Shown: piece after piece, positions 44,102 to 53,816 of the stretch
Numbering within the stretch: the stretch's first letter is position 1
Layout: each line of letters begins with the position of its first letter
Translations under genes and position numbers: made by a program
The notes under the pieces: generated by a model
What the model saw: the letters and a program-made list of their open reading frames with translations, nothing else
What the model was told of the DNA's origin: nothing
The model's database searches: none
Virus record (IMG/VR): IMGVR_UViG_3300031417_000380
Length of the DNA: 64,000 nucleotides
Source: a virus
Reading direction: 5' to 3' (one strand)

Positions 44102-44835
44102 AGGTCTCCTAGCCTGAGAGCTTTGTAGAAGTCAAGCTTTGTGATGTGCTGTTCGAGAGTGATGTCGAGTAGATCGTTCAAAGCTTGGTTCTGCGCAGTT
44201 GAGAGTCTAGATGCTGTTTTCTGAATCTGCTGAACCGTGCGGATTCTGTATATCTCTTCGCGGAGCTTCACCTCAGGAAGTTTATACTCCTGAAGCCCCT
44301 CGCTCATAGCGTTCATCCAGTGGTCGAGCAACGCAAGCCCGGTGACGGTTTCACGAGGCTCTCCGTGCAAGGCGCCGTTGAGAAGCATCTCGAGCGTCGA
44401 CTGGTAGGAGGAGAGTAAGGCAATCCTGTCTTTAGCTTCACCTAGGTTTGGGAAGTTGTGAAGAGGGGAATTCAGCTGTTTGAAGCTTGGGAACAGCCCT
44501 GGGGTGACCATGGTGTCGCGCTGCCCCTCCGGCAGATCCGGAAGATGAAGCTCAGCTAGCGGGAGAGAACGAAGCTTAAACTGCAACGTACGCTCGAAGC
44601 TTTCTAGTACAGTCTCAGCTAGGAAAGCCTGGAGACCAGCCGGGTCCCAACCGCTTCGCCTCACGAGGAACGCATCGGCTATCGAGCTAAGCGCGATTAC
44701 TGGTCTTCGCAGATACTTCTCGTCCGGACGGCGATACTTCTCGAGCCAAACAGAGCGAACATAGACCGAAGTAGGATGCGGGCCAGCCCAAGCTCCCTGA
44801 AACCATCGAGCGTTCTCTAGCGTAAGCTCACGCAC
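44098..44835 (-). CDS. family H copy 3
   Basis: YVRSVW; TVTGLALLDHW..EYKLP. Confidence 0.85.
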   Translation of the reverse strand: MRELTLENARWFQGAWAGPHPTSVYVRSVWLEKYRRPDEKYLRRPVIALSSIADAFLVRRSGWDPAGLQAFLAETVLESFERTLQFKLRSLPLAELHLPDLPEGQRDTMVTPGLFPSFKQLNSPLHNFPNLGEAKDRIALLSSYQSTLEMLLNGALHGEPRETVTGLALLDHWMNAMSEGLQEYKLPEVKLREEIYRIRTVQQIQKTASRLSTAQNQALNDLLDITLEQHITKLDFYKALRLGDL

Positions 44836-45550
44836 GCTGAGCCTCCTCGACCGCGTTGTTTAGCTCAACAGCGGTGATCTGTGTAGTAAGCGGGGTGCGC
44901 TCGAGTATGGTCTTAGCCGCACGGTGACCAGGATAGCCAACGTTCTTCGGCGAGTAATCAGGAGAAAGCATGAGCCTCGAAGTGAGTTCTTTCGCCTGAG
45001 GAAGCGGATACGCGAACTCAGCAACCGCCTCCTGGCCCTCGCGAAGCCAGTCGTTCATGAGCTCGAGCCCAGTATCGAACTCGATAGCTTCGTGATACCA
45101 GGCCGACTGTAAGATCATACGGAAGGAGTAGACGATTCGGCGATGAGCTTTATGGATCGCGTCTAGATCAAGATCATAGCCGTAAATCTTTGCCCCAGCT
45201 ACGCACGCCCAGGTGAAGTCGAATGCACTTGAAACCTCCACTGGGAAGTCGTAGTGAGTCGGCAAAAAGATCTCAAGCATGTCCAGATTTGGCGACTCGT
45301 TCAAGTGATTAAGCAGGATGTGCCTGATGCGTGAGCGCATACCGCGAAGCTCGAAACGCTGATAGATGGTCAGGTCGTCTGACTTAACAGCTTGAGCGAC
45401 GAACTTGGCAACCCCGAACGGAGTGAGCTCTCCGTTAAGGTTGAAGAACGGATCATCGCCACGAAGCTCCGGCTTCCAGATCGAGGTTACGGCTCGCGAC
45501 TCATCGAGAGGATACTCCGTGCTTCGAGGAAAGACCGAACGTGACAGCAT
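44828..45550 (-). CDS. family H copy 4
   Basis: VTSIWKPELR; ILQSAW..DTGL.LMNDW..EFAYP; leaderless. Confidence 0.85.
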   Translation of the reverse strand: MLSRSVFPRSTEYPLDESRAVTSIWKPELRGDDPFFNLNGELTPFGVAKFVAQAVKSDDLTIYQRFELRGMRSRIRHILLNHLNESPNLDMLEIFLPTHYDFPVEVSSAFDFTWACVAGAKIYGYDLDLDAIHKAHRRIVYSFRMILQSAWYHEAIEFDTGLELMNDWLREGQEAVAEFAYPLPQAKELTSRLMLSPDYSPKNVGYPGHRAAKTILERTPLTTQITAVELNNAVEEAQRA

Positions 45551-45556
45551 AGATCG

Positions 45557-45584
45557 ATCTTACATGGAGCCACCCGAAGCGCAA
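45557..45584 (-). promoter_or_regulatory. SigA-type promoter, leaderless (family H copies 4 to 1)
   Basis: TTGCGC-16-TAAGAT-6-ATG. Confidence 0.75.
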
Positions 45585-45595
45585 CACCTAACTAA

Positions 45596-46315
45596 TCACC
45601 GAAAGATATCCCTGATCTCATCCTCAGTCATGTGCTCATCCAGAGAGCGATCGAAGACACTCTTTTGTTGCCTCTCAAATGTGTAGCGACTTCCATACAG
45701 GCTATCGAGATCTTCAAGAATCGATTGCATCGTGCGAACGCGATGAAGTCGCTCCTCCGCCTTAGCCGCAGGAAGGCTAAACTCTTGAGCCACGAGCTCC
45801 GCCTCCTGAAGCCACGTGTCGAGCTTCTTCAGGCCGGTGACCGGATGCAGAGGCTGTCTGTACCAAGCGGCTTGAAACGCGTAGACTAACGAAGCTTTAT
45901 GAAGACTCACACTCGTAAGAGCTCCTGACTGGTACTGCTGAAGCCCTAAGATATCCGCTCCGACTCTCACCGCGCGATTCATCTGAGCCGGTTCTGCGTC
46001 TCGCGGCTCAGAAAACCATTCCGGCTGAGCCACCACCGGAAGCATCACCACTGCAAGCTCCGTCGAAAGAGGAGCAGCCCAGCGAGCTAGCGATTTGATG
46101 AGGCGTCGCTCCAGGTGAGCGATCATAACCAGCTCAAAATCACCCGCCTGTGCCCGAGGAAGTGCACGCTCGTAGCACTGTGCAGCCACCGAAAGCTTCA
46201 CGTTGCCAGAAGCATCGGTGAAGCTTTCTTCAGTGCTGCGCAGAGACGGAGTCCAGAGTGACTCAACAAGCCCTTCTGGGTCGTAAGAGCCGTAAAGCTC
46301 ATGTCTCATATCCAT
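45596..46315 (-). CDS. family H copy 5
   Basis: LVESLW.P.LR; FQAAW..VTGL.KLDTW..EFSLP. Confidence 0.85.
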   Translation of the reverse strand: MDMRHELYGSYDPEGLVESLWTPSLRSTEESFTDASGNVKLSVAAQCYERALPRAQAGDFELVMIAHLERRLIKSLARWAAPLSTELAVVMLPVVAQPEWFSEPRDAEPAQMNRAVRVGADILGLQQYQSGALTSVSLHKASLVYAFQAAWYRQPLHPVTGLKKLDTWLQEAELVAQEFSLPAAKAEERLHRVRTMQSILEDLDSLYGSRYTFERQQKSVFDRSLDEHMTEDEIRDIFR

Positions 46316-46344
46316 TGATGTATCCTATTATGATGTTAAAAATG

Positions 46345-47058
46345 CTAATATGTTAGCGCTGCATCACTAAGAGCCGAGTCAAATTCCTCTTGCGAGAGCT
46401 TTTCGCTTAGTGGTCGATTGAGAAGCGTGTCGGCGATTAGGAGTTGACTCCACGGTAGCTTTTCTTGCTGCATCCTCAGCTCAAGACGAGCTCTCCAAAG
46501 ATGCTCTTCGCGAACTGTCGCCGGAAGAGAGAACTCCTCAGCTGCATCGCTAGCCTCGCTAATCCAGGCGTCGAGCTCATCGCTGCCAGTGGCAAAGGGG
46601 AAGCGAAAGCCCCACCAAGCAGCCTGTGTAATAGCTCTGATCGAGCGAGAGTAACCCTCAAGCCGGCGAACCGAGGTCCCGATTTTAGTGGCGCCGACAG
46701 CGACGTAAATCGAGACATGATCCAGACTGATCAGTGTTTGGCCGTCTGGCGAGTACTTGGGCTGTCGCTCAGCCGGAGCGTAAAGATCGAAGAGATCGTC
46801 GTTGAGCTTGCCACCTAAACTCTCGAAGAGATCATCGTGGAGTTCGGCTCTAGCTGAGCTCAGAACGCCGCAGATAAGTTCGTCCGAGCGTTCAGCACCT
46901 AACGCAGCTACGTAGGCCTTCTCAGCACCGGCGAACGTCGGAAACTCGTCAAAGTCCTTGAACCCTCCGAAGCTTCTCAGCCCCGGTCGCCACCAGCTTC
47001 TTACAAGCTGAGACTCTAGCGTAACACCGGCGAGTCCGTGCTCGAAGAAAGAGACCAT
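46345..47058 (-). CDS. family H copy 6
   Basis: LVRSWW.P.LR; NDDLFDLY.P; QAAW..TG..LDAW..EFSLP; leaderless. Confidence 0.85.
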   Translation of the reverse strand: MVSFFEHGLAGVTLESQLVRSWWRPGLRSFGGFKDFDEFPTFAGAEKAYVAALGAERSDELICGVLSSARAELHDDLFESLGGKLNDDLFDLYAPAERQPKYSPDGQTLISLDHVSIYVAVGATKIGTSVRRLEGYSRSIRAITQAAWWGFRFPFATGSDELDAWISEASDAAEEFSLPATVREEHLWRARLELRMQQEKLPWSQLLIADTLLNRPLSEKLSQEEFDSALSDAALTY

Positions 47059-47064
47059 AGATTC

Positions 47065-47092
47065 ATGGTACACGTCAAACCTCGAGTTGCAA
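47065..47092 (-). promoter_or_regulatory. SigA-type promoter, leaderless (family H copy 6)
   Basis: TTGCAA-16-TACCAT-6-ATG. Confidence 0.75.
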
Positions 47093-47185
47093 CTCCTAGA
47101 CATCAAAGCGTGACCTTTCAGGAAGCTTGCTGTAAGTGGTCGATAGGCTTTCAGGCAGGTATTCGATCAATAAAAGGAGTACTCT

Positions 47186-47488
47186 ATGAGCACTACAGCT
47201 GAAGACCTTACTAAGTCCGCTCAGAAGCAGATGGGGCAGGTGACCAAGAAGCTCGGTAAGTCGAGCAAGCGTGTTCACCGGATCGCGCAGAAGAACATCC
47301 AGCGTTACGGCGGAAAGCTGCAGAAGGATGCGCGCCGTGTCCGAAAAGCCGCGAACAAGAACTACCGGCAGCTCAACTCGCACCAGAGGTTTGCGCTCAT
47401 CGCAGGATTAGTAGTGATTGTAGCTGCCGTTAGTACACTCATCGGTCGTGCTAGTGTAAAGCCAGCTCCAGAGCTCGAAGAGAATTGA
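47186..47488 (+). CDS. basic protein with C-terminal TM anchor
   Basis: SD AAGGAG; Lys/Arg-rich followed by one TM. Confidence 0.7.
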   Translation: MSTTAEDLTKSAQKQMGQVTKKLGKSSKRVHRIAQKNIQRYGGKLQKDARRVRKAANKNYRQLNSHQRFALIAGLVVIVAAVSTLIGRASVKPAPELEEN

Positions 47489-47513
47489 CTTTCCTCGCTT
47501 AGAGGTGTAGGCT
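47485..47513 (+). promoter_or_regulatory. macrodomain gene promoter
   Basis: TTGACT-17-TAGGCT. Confidence 0.75.
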
Positions 47514-47550
47514 TAAGCAAAGCCTGTCCTTCTACGTTAGGTAGCTCCTC

Positions 47551-48045
47551 ATGGCAAAACTCGAACTCAAGTTCGGCGATCTCTTCGACAGCGATGCCGA
47601 CGCCGTAGGCCACGGTACAAACACGCACGGGGCCATGGGCGCCGGCATCGCTGTTCTGTTTCGGCGGAAGTATCCCGAAATGTACAAGCTCTACCACTCG
47701 CTTTGCAAGAGCCAGAAGAACGAGCTGGCCGGCACCACGTACCTCTACTCCACCGACGAGGGCAAGTTCCGTTACGTGGCGAACATCTTCTCGCAGACCG
47801 CTCCCGGTCCGACCGCTCGCACCGAGCTTCTCGTCTCCGGCCTCAAGGACGCGTTCGAGAAGCTCGAGGCTGATCCGGAGCTCAAGAATCCCACTCTCGC
47901 CATCCCACTCATCGGCTGCGGCATCGGCGGCCTCGACTGGGACGATGATGTGTATCCTGCCCTTAAGGAGCTTGTCAACGAGCTCCCCCGCGGTAACCGA
48001 CTCATTGTGGTGAGCAACGAGCCGCGCGAGGGCTTTACTGCCTAA
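47551..48045 (+). CDS. macrodomain ADP-ribose hydrolase (DarG/TARG1-like)
   Basis: GDLF..HGTN..GAMGAGIA..F; LAIPLIGCGIGGLDW. Confidence 0.85.
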   Translation: MAKLELKFGDLFDSDADAVGHGTNTHGAMGAGIAVLFRRKYPEMYKLYHSLCKSQKNELAGTTYLYSTDEGKFRYVANIFSQTAPGPTARTELLVSGLKDAFEKLEADPELKNPTLAIPLIGCGIGGLDWDDDVYPALKELVNELPRGNRLIVVSNEPREGFTA

Positions 48046-48049
48046 GCTA

Positions 48050-48102
48050 CCTACTCTTAGCCCCTCCGTTCGATTGATTTCGTCGGAGGGGCTAAGAGTA
48101 GG
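48050..48102. terminator. bidirectional terminator
   Basis: 19-bp perfect inverted repeat. Confidence 0.8.
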
Positions 48103-48198
48103 CGTTAACAGTGATGAGCGTCTGAGAGACAGTGCTTTAGGCGGAAGACGAACAACGACATTGGTTCGCCGTGCTGTCTGTTAGTCAGCTGTAGAGCG

Positions 48199-48702
48199 TC
48201 AGCTTTCCACATCTTGAACGTAGCCGATGAAGACGTTCCATAGCTCTAGTAGATACCCGTCGCCGAAGAGCTCCTCAGGAGCAAGGTCCCCATGAAGCAC
48301 GTTTGCGCCTTCAGCGCAGAACGCATCGGCCCAATCAGTAAAGTAACCTCGTGGATTCGATCCCATGCCTAGCTCATACGCTTCAGGATACGAGTCTATT
48401 AACCTCAAACGATTCGAGCCGCTGACAAACCGCTGCTCGAAGAGACCGATGGCTCGCGGATTGTATGCTCTGTCGAAGGCGAAGCTTTCAGCACCGATGA
48501 GTGTGAGGACATCGCAGTCTCCGCCGCACTTATGCTTTGGAAGACGGTGGAAGAGCTCTCGACCAAGCACTGAGTCAGCAAAGCGGCGCCCTTTAGCTAC
48601 GGCGACCTCAAGTTCGTTGTTATTCTGCCATCCCGCTTTCGGATCACCAAAGATAGTGACGGCTGAAAGATCCTCGAGCGTGAGTCCTCTGATGAGTTTC
48701 AT
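48199..48702 (-). CDS. hypothetical protein
   Basis: 167-aa ORF; TAGAAT just upstream. Confidence 0.65.
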   Translation of the reverse strand: MKLIRGLTLEDLSAVTIFGDPKAGWQNNNELEVAVAKGRRFADSVLGRELFHRLPKHKCGGDCDVLTLIGAESFAFDRAYNPRAIGLFEQRFVSGSNRLRLIDSYPEAYELGMGSNPRGYFTDWADAFCAEGANVLHGDLAPEELFGDGYLLELWNVFIGYVQDVES

Positions 48703-48710
48703 CCCTCATT

Positions 48711-49460
48711 CTACCAACCGTTAGACTCCATCGCTAGCTCGTACATCCGCTCGAAGTCATCGAGAGTGTAAGCTCTGTCGAGCGGCTCGTCGACCATACG
48801 TGCAAGAGCTCCACGCGGATCTCTTACTGTACCGGTTTCACGATTGAGTGTCTGAGTACGATAACGCTTACGACGGATGAGCTCCTCGCTGCGGCGCTTT
48901 GGGATCGAGAACTCAGTGACGCCTTCTTGAGCCTCTGCCATCCACGCATCAACAGTCGGCACTCCGGTGACCACGGCCTTTGTCTCACCGAACCACGAGC
49001 CGATGAGAATCATGGTGAGAGTTTCGATAGAGCGGTAAGCGGCATGACGGAGTTCTTCTCGAAAAGCGTCAGCACTCCCCACTCCAAGATCATCGAGTTC
49101 GTCATCAGTGAGCGCGTCGAGCATTCGGTCGTAAGACCAAGCGGTAAGGTCACCGATCGAGGCCGAGCTCGCATCCGGTGCCGGCGGGATGAAGAGATCG
49201 AAGATGTCGCGGTCGATACGCTGACCCCGTAGGATCGAGAGCTTCGCCCGAAGATCGCGGCGCAGCCGACCGATGAACGGACCGTCGAATGATTCGTTAG
49301 AGCGCTCAAGCTTCTCGTAGAGTTCAGCCAGCGTGGTGAGCTTAAGCCGGCCTTCCGCGTCTCGTAATCCGTCGGTCCGATAGTCTACGTCCCAGTAGGA
49401 AGACATGTAGCGAAGCTGCGGTTCGTGAAGGCACATTCCGTCTTCAAAGAAGCGAGTCAT
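48711..49460 (-). CDS. family H copy 7
   Basis: MTRFFEDG; RDIFDLFIP; GSW.G..VVTG.P.VDAW..EFSIP. Confidence 0.85.
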   Translation of the reverse strand: MTRFFEDGMCLHEPQLRYMSSYWDVDYRTDGLRDAEGRLKLTTLAELYEKLERSNESFDGPFIGRLRRDLRAKLSILRGQRIDRDIFDLFIPPAPDASSASIGDLTAWSYDRMLDALTDDELDDLGVGSADAFREELRHAAYRSIETLTMILIGSWFGETKAVVTGVPTVDAWMAEAQEGVTEFSIPKRRSEELIRRKRYRTQTLNRETGTVRDPRGALARMVDEPLDRAYTLDDFERMYELAMESNGW

Positions 49461-50194
49461 CGGAGCCAACCTGTCTCTTCAGGATTATCGGAGGCGGCTC
49501 CGATGCGGTCAAGGAAAGCGTCGAAGTCAATCTCTTGATCGAGCGGGGTATCCTCGATTTCGGCCATGATGACGTGCTGTTCATCGTTAAAGCTGTCAGT
49601 GTATCCGGCGAGCTCATCGTAAAGTCGCATACGCCGGACATGCTCAAAAGCCTTCATGTTGGGGCCGCCGAGCTTCTGGAGAGCATCCATGGCTTCGTTC
49701 ATCCAGATGTTGAGGTACCTTGACTGCGTGGTCACGGGAAGCCGGTCACCCCACCAGGCAGCTTCGAGCATCTGTCCGAGCGTGCGGAGAGCCGCCAGAA
49801 GTACACCGACTACGTTGTAGAGCTTATTCTGTAAACCGAGAGCCTTAGCACCTTCATTCACATCTTGAACGAGCAACTCTAGCTCTTTCTCGATCTCGAA
49901 AGAGTCTTGAGCGAGTTCGTTCGCAACGGAAGGAAGCTCGAGCTCAAGCACAAGTTCGCCATCACTGAAAAAAGAGCGGCCGGGCTTGTCTTGAATGACC
50001 CGCGCACGAAGGTAACTAGCTAGGCGTTCGTAGAACTCAGTCTCTGTCTTGCCGTTAGCTGCGCTGTAGCATCGAACCACATCGGCGATACTGTAGCTGT
50101 GCGGATCGGGGGTATCCTCTTTACCGTAGAGCGCCGGCAAGAGCAACGACTCGGTTTGACCTCCGAAGTAACCGTTTTCCACATAGCGTGTCAT
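49457..50194 (-). CDS. family H copy 8
   Basis: MTRYVENGYFG; MLEAAWWG..VTT..LNIW. Confidence 0.8.
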   Translation of the reverse strand: MTRYVENGYFGGQTESLLLPALYGKEDTPDPHSYSIADVVRCYSAANGKTETEFYERLASYLRARVIQDKPGRSFFSDGELVLELELPSVANELAQDSFEIEKELELLVQDVNEGAKALGLQNKLYNVVGVLLAALRTLGQMLEAAWWGDRLPVTTQSRYLNIWMNEAMDALQKLGGPNMKAFEHVRRMRLYDELAGYTDSFNDEQHVIMAEIEDTPLDQEIDFDAFLDRIGAASDNPEETGWLR

Positions 50195-50231
50195 GCAGTG
50201 CTCCTTAGGTCGTGAAGATCAGATCACATCG

Positions 50232-50259
50232 ATCCTACACCATGAGCTTTCGAGCGCAA
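50232..50259 (-). promoter_or_regulatory. SigA-type promoter (family H copies 8 and 7)
   Basis: TTGCGC-16-TAGGAT. Confidence 0.7.
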
Positions 50260-50261
50260 AC

Positions 50262-50294
50262 AAAAAAGAGGAGTGACCGAAGTCACCCCTCTTT
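50262..50294 (-). terminator. intrinsic terminator with UUCG loop and U-tract
   Basis: AAAGAGGGGTGAC-TTCG-GTCACTCCTCTTTTTT on the minus strand. Confidence 0.8.
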
Positions 50295-50310
50295 CCATTA
50301 GAATTGAACG

Positions 50311-50898
50311 TTAGTTCGCGGTGTCCGGTTCGATTAGCCACTCACCGTTGACCTTTGAGAACTTCACTTTCTCGTTCATTGCGTTAGACGACTTCTCGCC
50401 GTTGAGCTTGATAGTGACCTTGCTCATGTCGATGGTGGCCTTATTACCGGTGACGTCTACTGCATCAGTAGGGATCTCCACATCGATCTTTGCGGCAGCT
50501 GCGTTAGCTGCGGCTCCGAGCTGTAAGAAGGTTCCGTAGGTCGGCCCGATCTCGTTAGCGGTCATCCCAGCGGTGTTGATCTTCTTTAGGAACGGGTAGT
50601 TCTCCTCGAGAACCTTTACTACCTTCTCCTTAACCGCATCTGTGAGCGAGGGCTCATCCTTAACCGCGTTCTTGAGCTTCTCCTGAAGCTTTGCGTTGTC
50701 CGTCTTATAGAGCTGATTGAGGAAATCAGTGTAAGTCGTGGTGACTGCCTGCTTATCGTTGACCGGCTTAGGAGTAGCCGTCTGACTTGACTTCGGCGTA
50801 TACGGTCGATCAATGGTGGCCGGGTCTGGTCCTGAGCAAGCCGTGAGTCCACCGAGGAGTACGGCACTTAGTGCTGTGATTGCGAGAAGTTTCTTCAT
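50311..50898 (-). CDS. lipoprotein
   Basis: MKKLL..lipobox LTAC; C-terminal FSKVNGEWLI. Confidence 0.8.
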   Translation of the reverse strand: MKKLLAITALSAVLLGGLTACSGPDPATIDRPYTPKSSQTATPKPVNDKQAVTTTYTDFLNQLYKTDNAKLQEKLKNAVKDEPSLTDAVKEKVVKVLEENYPFLKKINTAGMTANEIGPTYGTFLQLGAAANAAAAKIDVEIPTDAVDVTGNKATIDMSKVTIKLNGEKSSNAMNEKVKFSKVNGEWLIEPDTAN

Positions 50899-51053
50899 AA
50901 TGGCTCTTATCGACTCTTGATAGAGATGATTGTGTCGCGGTTGCGATGACGCTTCACTCCTGGTACGATTCGTTTTGTGGAACCTTGTCACGGGTGAAGC
51001 TGGAGCACTGAACTCGATTGAGTTCTTTACAGCATCAGCATCTGGAGATTACG

Positions 51054-51788
51054 ATGACTAAATACCACATCTCACACGACGGCCCGGCGGTTTGCCGAGC
51101 TTCTGTTCGAGAATGCCCAATCGGAGGCGATCACTTTGAGAATTACTCTCGAGCCACCGAAGCCTACGAAAAGCTTCTAGACGAGACCTACGGTGGCCCG
51201 TTCGTCCCGCTGCCGAAGCCGAAGTCTCTCCCGCGGCTCGACGCCAACAACGTCGGTAAGCTCGTCTCGGACATCGACGCCATCAACTACATCTCCAACG
51301 GGCGGGATGAGCGTATCCCTGGCGGCGCAACTCCGTATCTCATTAATGAATACGGCGTTAGCCTTAAGGCGCAGGATGACTACTACGTCCACGCAGCTGT
51401 CCACGATGAGGATGGTCTTCCGATCGTGGCAACGTCCTTCGACATTTTGGCTGACCGCGAGGCTGAGCTTGCTCGTATCTCTTTCATCGGCCGTTTCGTC
51501 TCAGGAGAGCGCTATCGTACGAAGAGTGACGAGGCGGACACTGAGGCGCTTACTCTTGCTGAGCCGTACTACGAGGCGTTCAAGAAGCACGGCGGCACGA
51601 CTGAAGATGACGTAATCTACGTGGATCGGCTCTATGACTACGCTCGCAAGACCGGCTCTATTCCGGATGGTTTCTACCATGTGGCAGAACGTCAGGAAGA
51701 GAACGCTCGCGCAAGAGGAAAGAAGTACACCGGACCGACGAAAGAACAGCGTGACCGCGCCTACGCTGTGGTGAACGAACTGCTCTAA
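51054..51788 (+). CDS. protein with N-terminal YH..C..C..H module (copy 2)
   Basis: MTKYHISHDGPAVCRASVRECPIGGDH; SD GGAG. Confidence 0.75.
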   Translation: MTKYHISHDGPAVCRASVRECPIGGDHFENYSRATEAYEKLLDETYGGPFVPLPKPKSLPRLDANNVGKLVSDIDAINYISNGRDERIPGGATPYLINEYGVSLKAQDDYYVHAAVHDEDGLPIVATSFDILADREAELARISFIGRFVSGERYRTKSDEADTEALTLAEPYYEAFKKHGGTTEDDVIYVDRLYDYARKTGSIPDGFYHVAERQEENARARGKKYTGPTKEQRDRAYAVVNELL

Positions 51789-51794
51789 GAACCC

Positions 51795-51834
51795 TCTAGC
51801 CCCACACGCTATCTACTCAGCGTGTGGGGCTAGA
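51795..51834. terminator. bidirectional terminator
   Basis: 16-bp perfect inverted repeat. Confidence 0.8.
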
Positions 51835-51846
51835 AGTAAGAGCTTG

Positions 51847-52053
51847 CTAGTGACGAGCAGAACTTGCTCCGTGATTACAGGTGAGTGCTAGATAAGCGAA
51901 GCCGACTCCACCGGCGATGAGCAGATAGCCAGGTACGAGTACCCAGAGTGCTCCCGAGTCGTGAGCCGGAACGGCTGTGAATAGCAGTGACCCGCCGATG
52001 AGCGAGAACAGCGCGACTACGACGTACAGCATGCTCTTCATAGTGTCTCCCAT
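51847..52053 (-). CDS. 2-TM small membrane protein
   Basis: Two hydrophobic segments. Confidence 0.6.
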   Translation of the reverse strand: MGDTMKSMLYVVVALFSLIGGSLLFTAVPAHDSGALWVLVPGYLLIAGGVGFAYLALTCNHGASSARH

Positions 52054-52092
52054 ACGAACGTGATGCTATAGCTATCGCTACCAGACTCCTGA

Positions 52093-52121
52093 TTGCCGAT
52101 TACGATTACATGGTGTAGGAT
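52093..52121 (+). promoter_or_regulatory. SigA-type promoter
   Basis: TTGCCG-17-TAGGAT. Confidence 0.7.
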
Positions 52122-52147
52122 CGGTCTAATCGACTTAAGGAGTCACC

Positions 52148-52384
52148 ATGCCTGGCTACGAAGCACTTCGTCGTCTCACCCCGGAGCAGCACGAGGCTGC
52201 CACGAAGCTCGTCGCTGAAGCGATGGCTTCCATCGCTTTTGAGGCACTCTCGGAGCCGCAGACCGTCCTAGCTGACATTCGTAAGCACAGCGACAAGCCG
52301 CTGCCGGAGGCGTTCAAAGAGCGTGCAGCCGACTTCCTGGACATTCGTGGTGATCTCACCGATTTCGTCCGAGAGGGCCGATGA
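52148..52384 (+). CDS. hypothetical protein
   Basis: SD AAGGAG; promoter 52093-52121. Confidence 0.75.
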   Translation: MPGYEALRRLTPEQHEAATKLVAEAMASIAFEALSEPQTVLADIRKHSDKPLPEAFKERAADFLDIRGDLTDFVREGR

Positions 52385-52441
52385 CTTACGGCTCTCTCCC
52401 TGATAGATTCTAAGTCACTCTAAGTCGTATCGGACTCACTC

Positions 52442-52741
52442 TTGCATCCCCACGCTCACTCACATCGCTATCTCGCTCCAGGCGAGCCGGGGCGACCGGT
52501 GGGTAAGCAGTACGCTGATCTTACTGTCACGTGGCAGCTTGGTGTCGGCGAGATTCTCGTGGTTAGAATCGATCGACTGGCTAAGAGCCCTCTCAAAGTG
52601 CTCCACCGAGTAACGACGAAAGACTTCCATAGAGCTGAGGAGTACGCGGAGCTTCTTGCTCATCGCGAAGAGTTGTGGAAGCCGTTCGTGCGCCTACTTC
52701 GCCGTATGGCCATCGCCTGCCGCTCGAAGCGATACCGCTAA
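52442..52741 (+). CDS. hypothetical protein
   Basis: TTG start, no clear SD. Confidence 0.45.
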   Translation: MHPHAHSHRYLAPGEPGRPVGKQYADLTVTWQLGVGEILVVRIDRLAKSPLKVLHRVTTKDFHRAEEYAELLAHREELWKPFVRLLRRMAIACRSKRYR

Positions 52742-52763
52742 CTGCTTTGGCCAACTTGCTCTC

Positions 52764-53498
52764 TCAGAGAAGCGTTGGCAGCGCCTTCTTAAACTCCTCG
52801 AACTCAACTTCCGGATCGAGTGACTCGCTGACCGGTCGAGTATCAAGCATGTCGTTAAGCAGTAGCTGTATAGCTTGGATGATACCTGTCCCGTACTTTG
52901 TTACAGCGTAGTTGTAGACTCGCGTGTAGAGCCTACTTCTTTTCACTCGTTCGAGCTCATAAACAGCGGAGAATAGCAACTCCGGAGCAGCCGTTGAAAG
53001 TTCGGCCACGCGATCATCGATGAGCTGTACACCGCTATAGAACTCTCTCGGCTCACCGACCGCCGCGGCACGGATAAGCATGCCAGCGGTGATGCTCGCA
53101 GCTGTCAGGCCATCGGTAAATTGTGGATAGCTGAAGCGGGAATTGATCGTCCATTCTCGATGGAGCTTTGCGCCGAAGGCCTTAAGTGGCTTGTTGGCCT
53201 CTTCGTACGACTTTGACGCATCGGAGATGAGAACAGCGTAAAGGCCTTCGTTCACCGGCGGTGCGTCATGCACAAGCCACCTTTTGAAGTTTGCCTCGAT
53301 TCCAACGGCTTGCGCGACGGCGAACTCATCACGATCGGCGAACGGGCGCTTTGCGTAGTAGAAGCTCTCTGCCTCTTTCAGTGTCGCGTTGTCCCGCTGT
53401 GGATCACGAGGTAGATTCCGAAACTCCGGGAGCCAGAGCGAACGCTCGTACAACGTCTCGCTGCGTTCACCGGCGTAGCCGTTCTCAAAGAATCGCAT
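52764..53498 (-). CDS. family H copy 9
   Basis: MRFFENGYAG; ERSLWLPEFR; LIRAAA.GEP..SG..ID. Confidence 0.8.
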   Translation of the reverse strand: MRFFENGYAGERSETLYERSLWLPEFRNLPRDPQRDNATLKEAESFYYAKRPFADRDEFAVAQAVGIEANFKRWLVHDAPPVNEGLYAVLISDASKSYEEANKPLKAFGAKLHREWTINSRFSYPQFTDGLTAASITAGMLIRAAAVGEPREFYSGVQLIDDRVAELSTAAPELLFSAVYELERVKRSRLYTRVYNYAVTKYGTGIIQAIQLLLNDMLDTRPVSESLDPEVEFEEFKKALPTLL

Positions 53499-53501
53499 CC
53501 G

Positions 53502-53732
53502 TTACTCTCTCCAGCCGCCGTGAACAAGACCGGCCTTCAGCTCTTCGAGAGCCCTCGGATCGATGGAGTGTTCTTTGCCCCAGCCTTCGATCTGGCGCTC
53601 GAAGCGACCGGCCACCTGGTGGAGTGCAAGGCGAAGCTCGCGTGCTCGTTCCTGCGTGAGGTTCCAGGGAAGCATGGTTCTCCGCGCGACTGCACGGAGC
53701 TCGTCGGTCTTCAAGAAGTTTGCGTTGGCCAC
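53502..53732 (-). CDS. hypothetical protein
   Basis: AAGGAAAG SD, GTG start. Confidence 0.6.
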   Translation of the reverse strand: MANANFLKTDELRAVARRTMLPWNLTQERARELRLALHQVAGRFERQIEGWGKEHSIDPRALEELKAGLVHGGWRE

Positions 53733-53816
53733 TGTCTTTCCTTCTGTTGAGTACGCCGATCATACCCTGTCGGTACGACTAGTCATAAAGCTATCCGACC
53801 GAAACGGAGATTCTTC

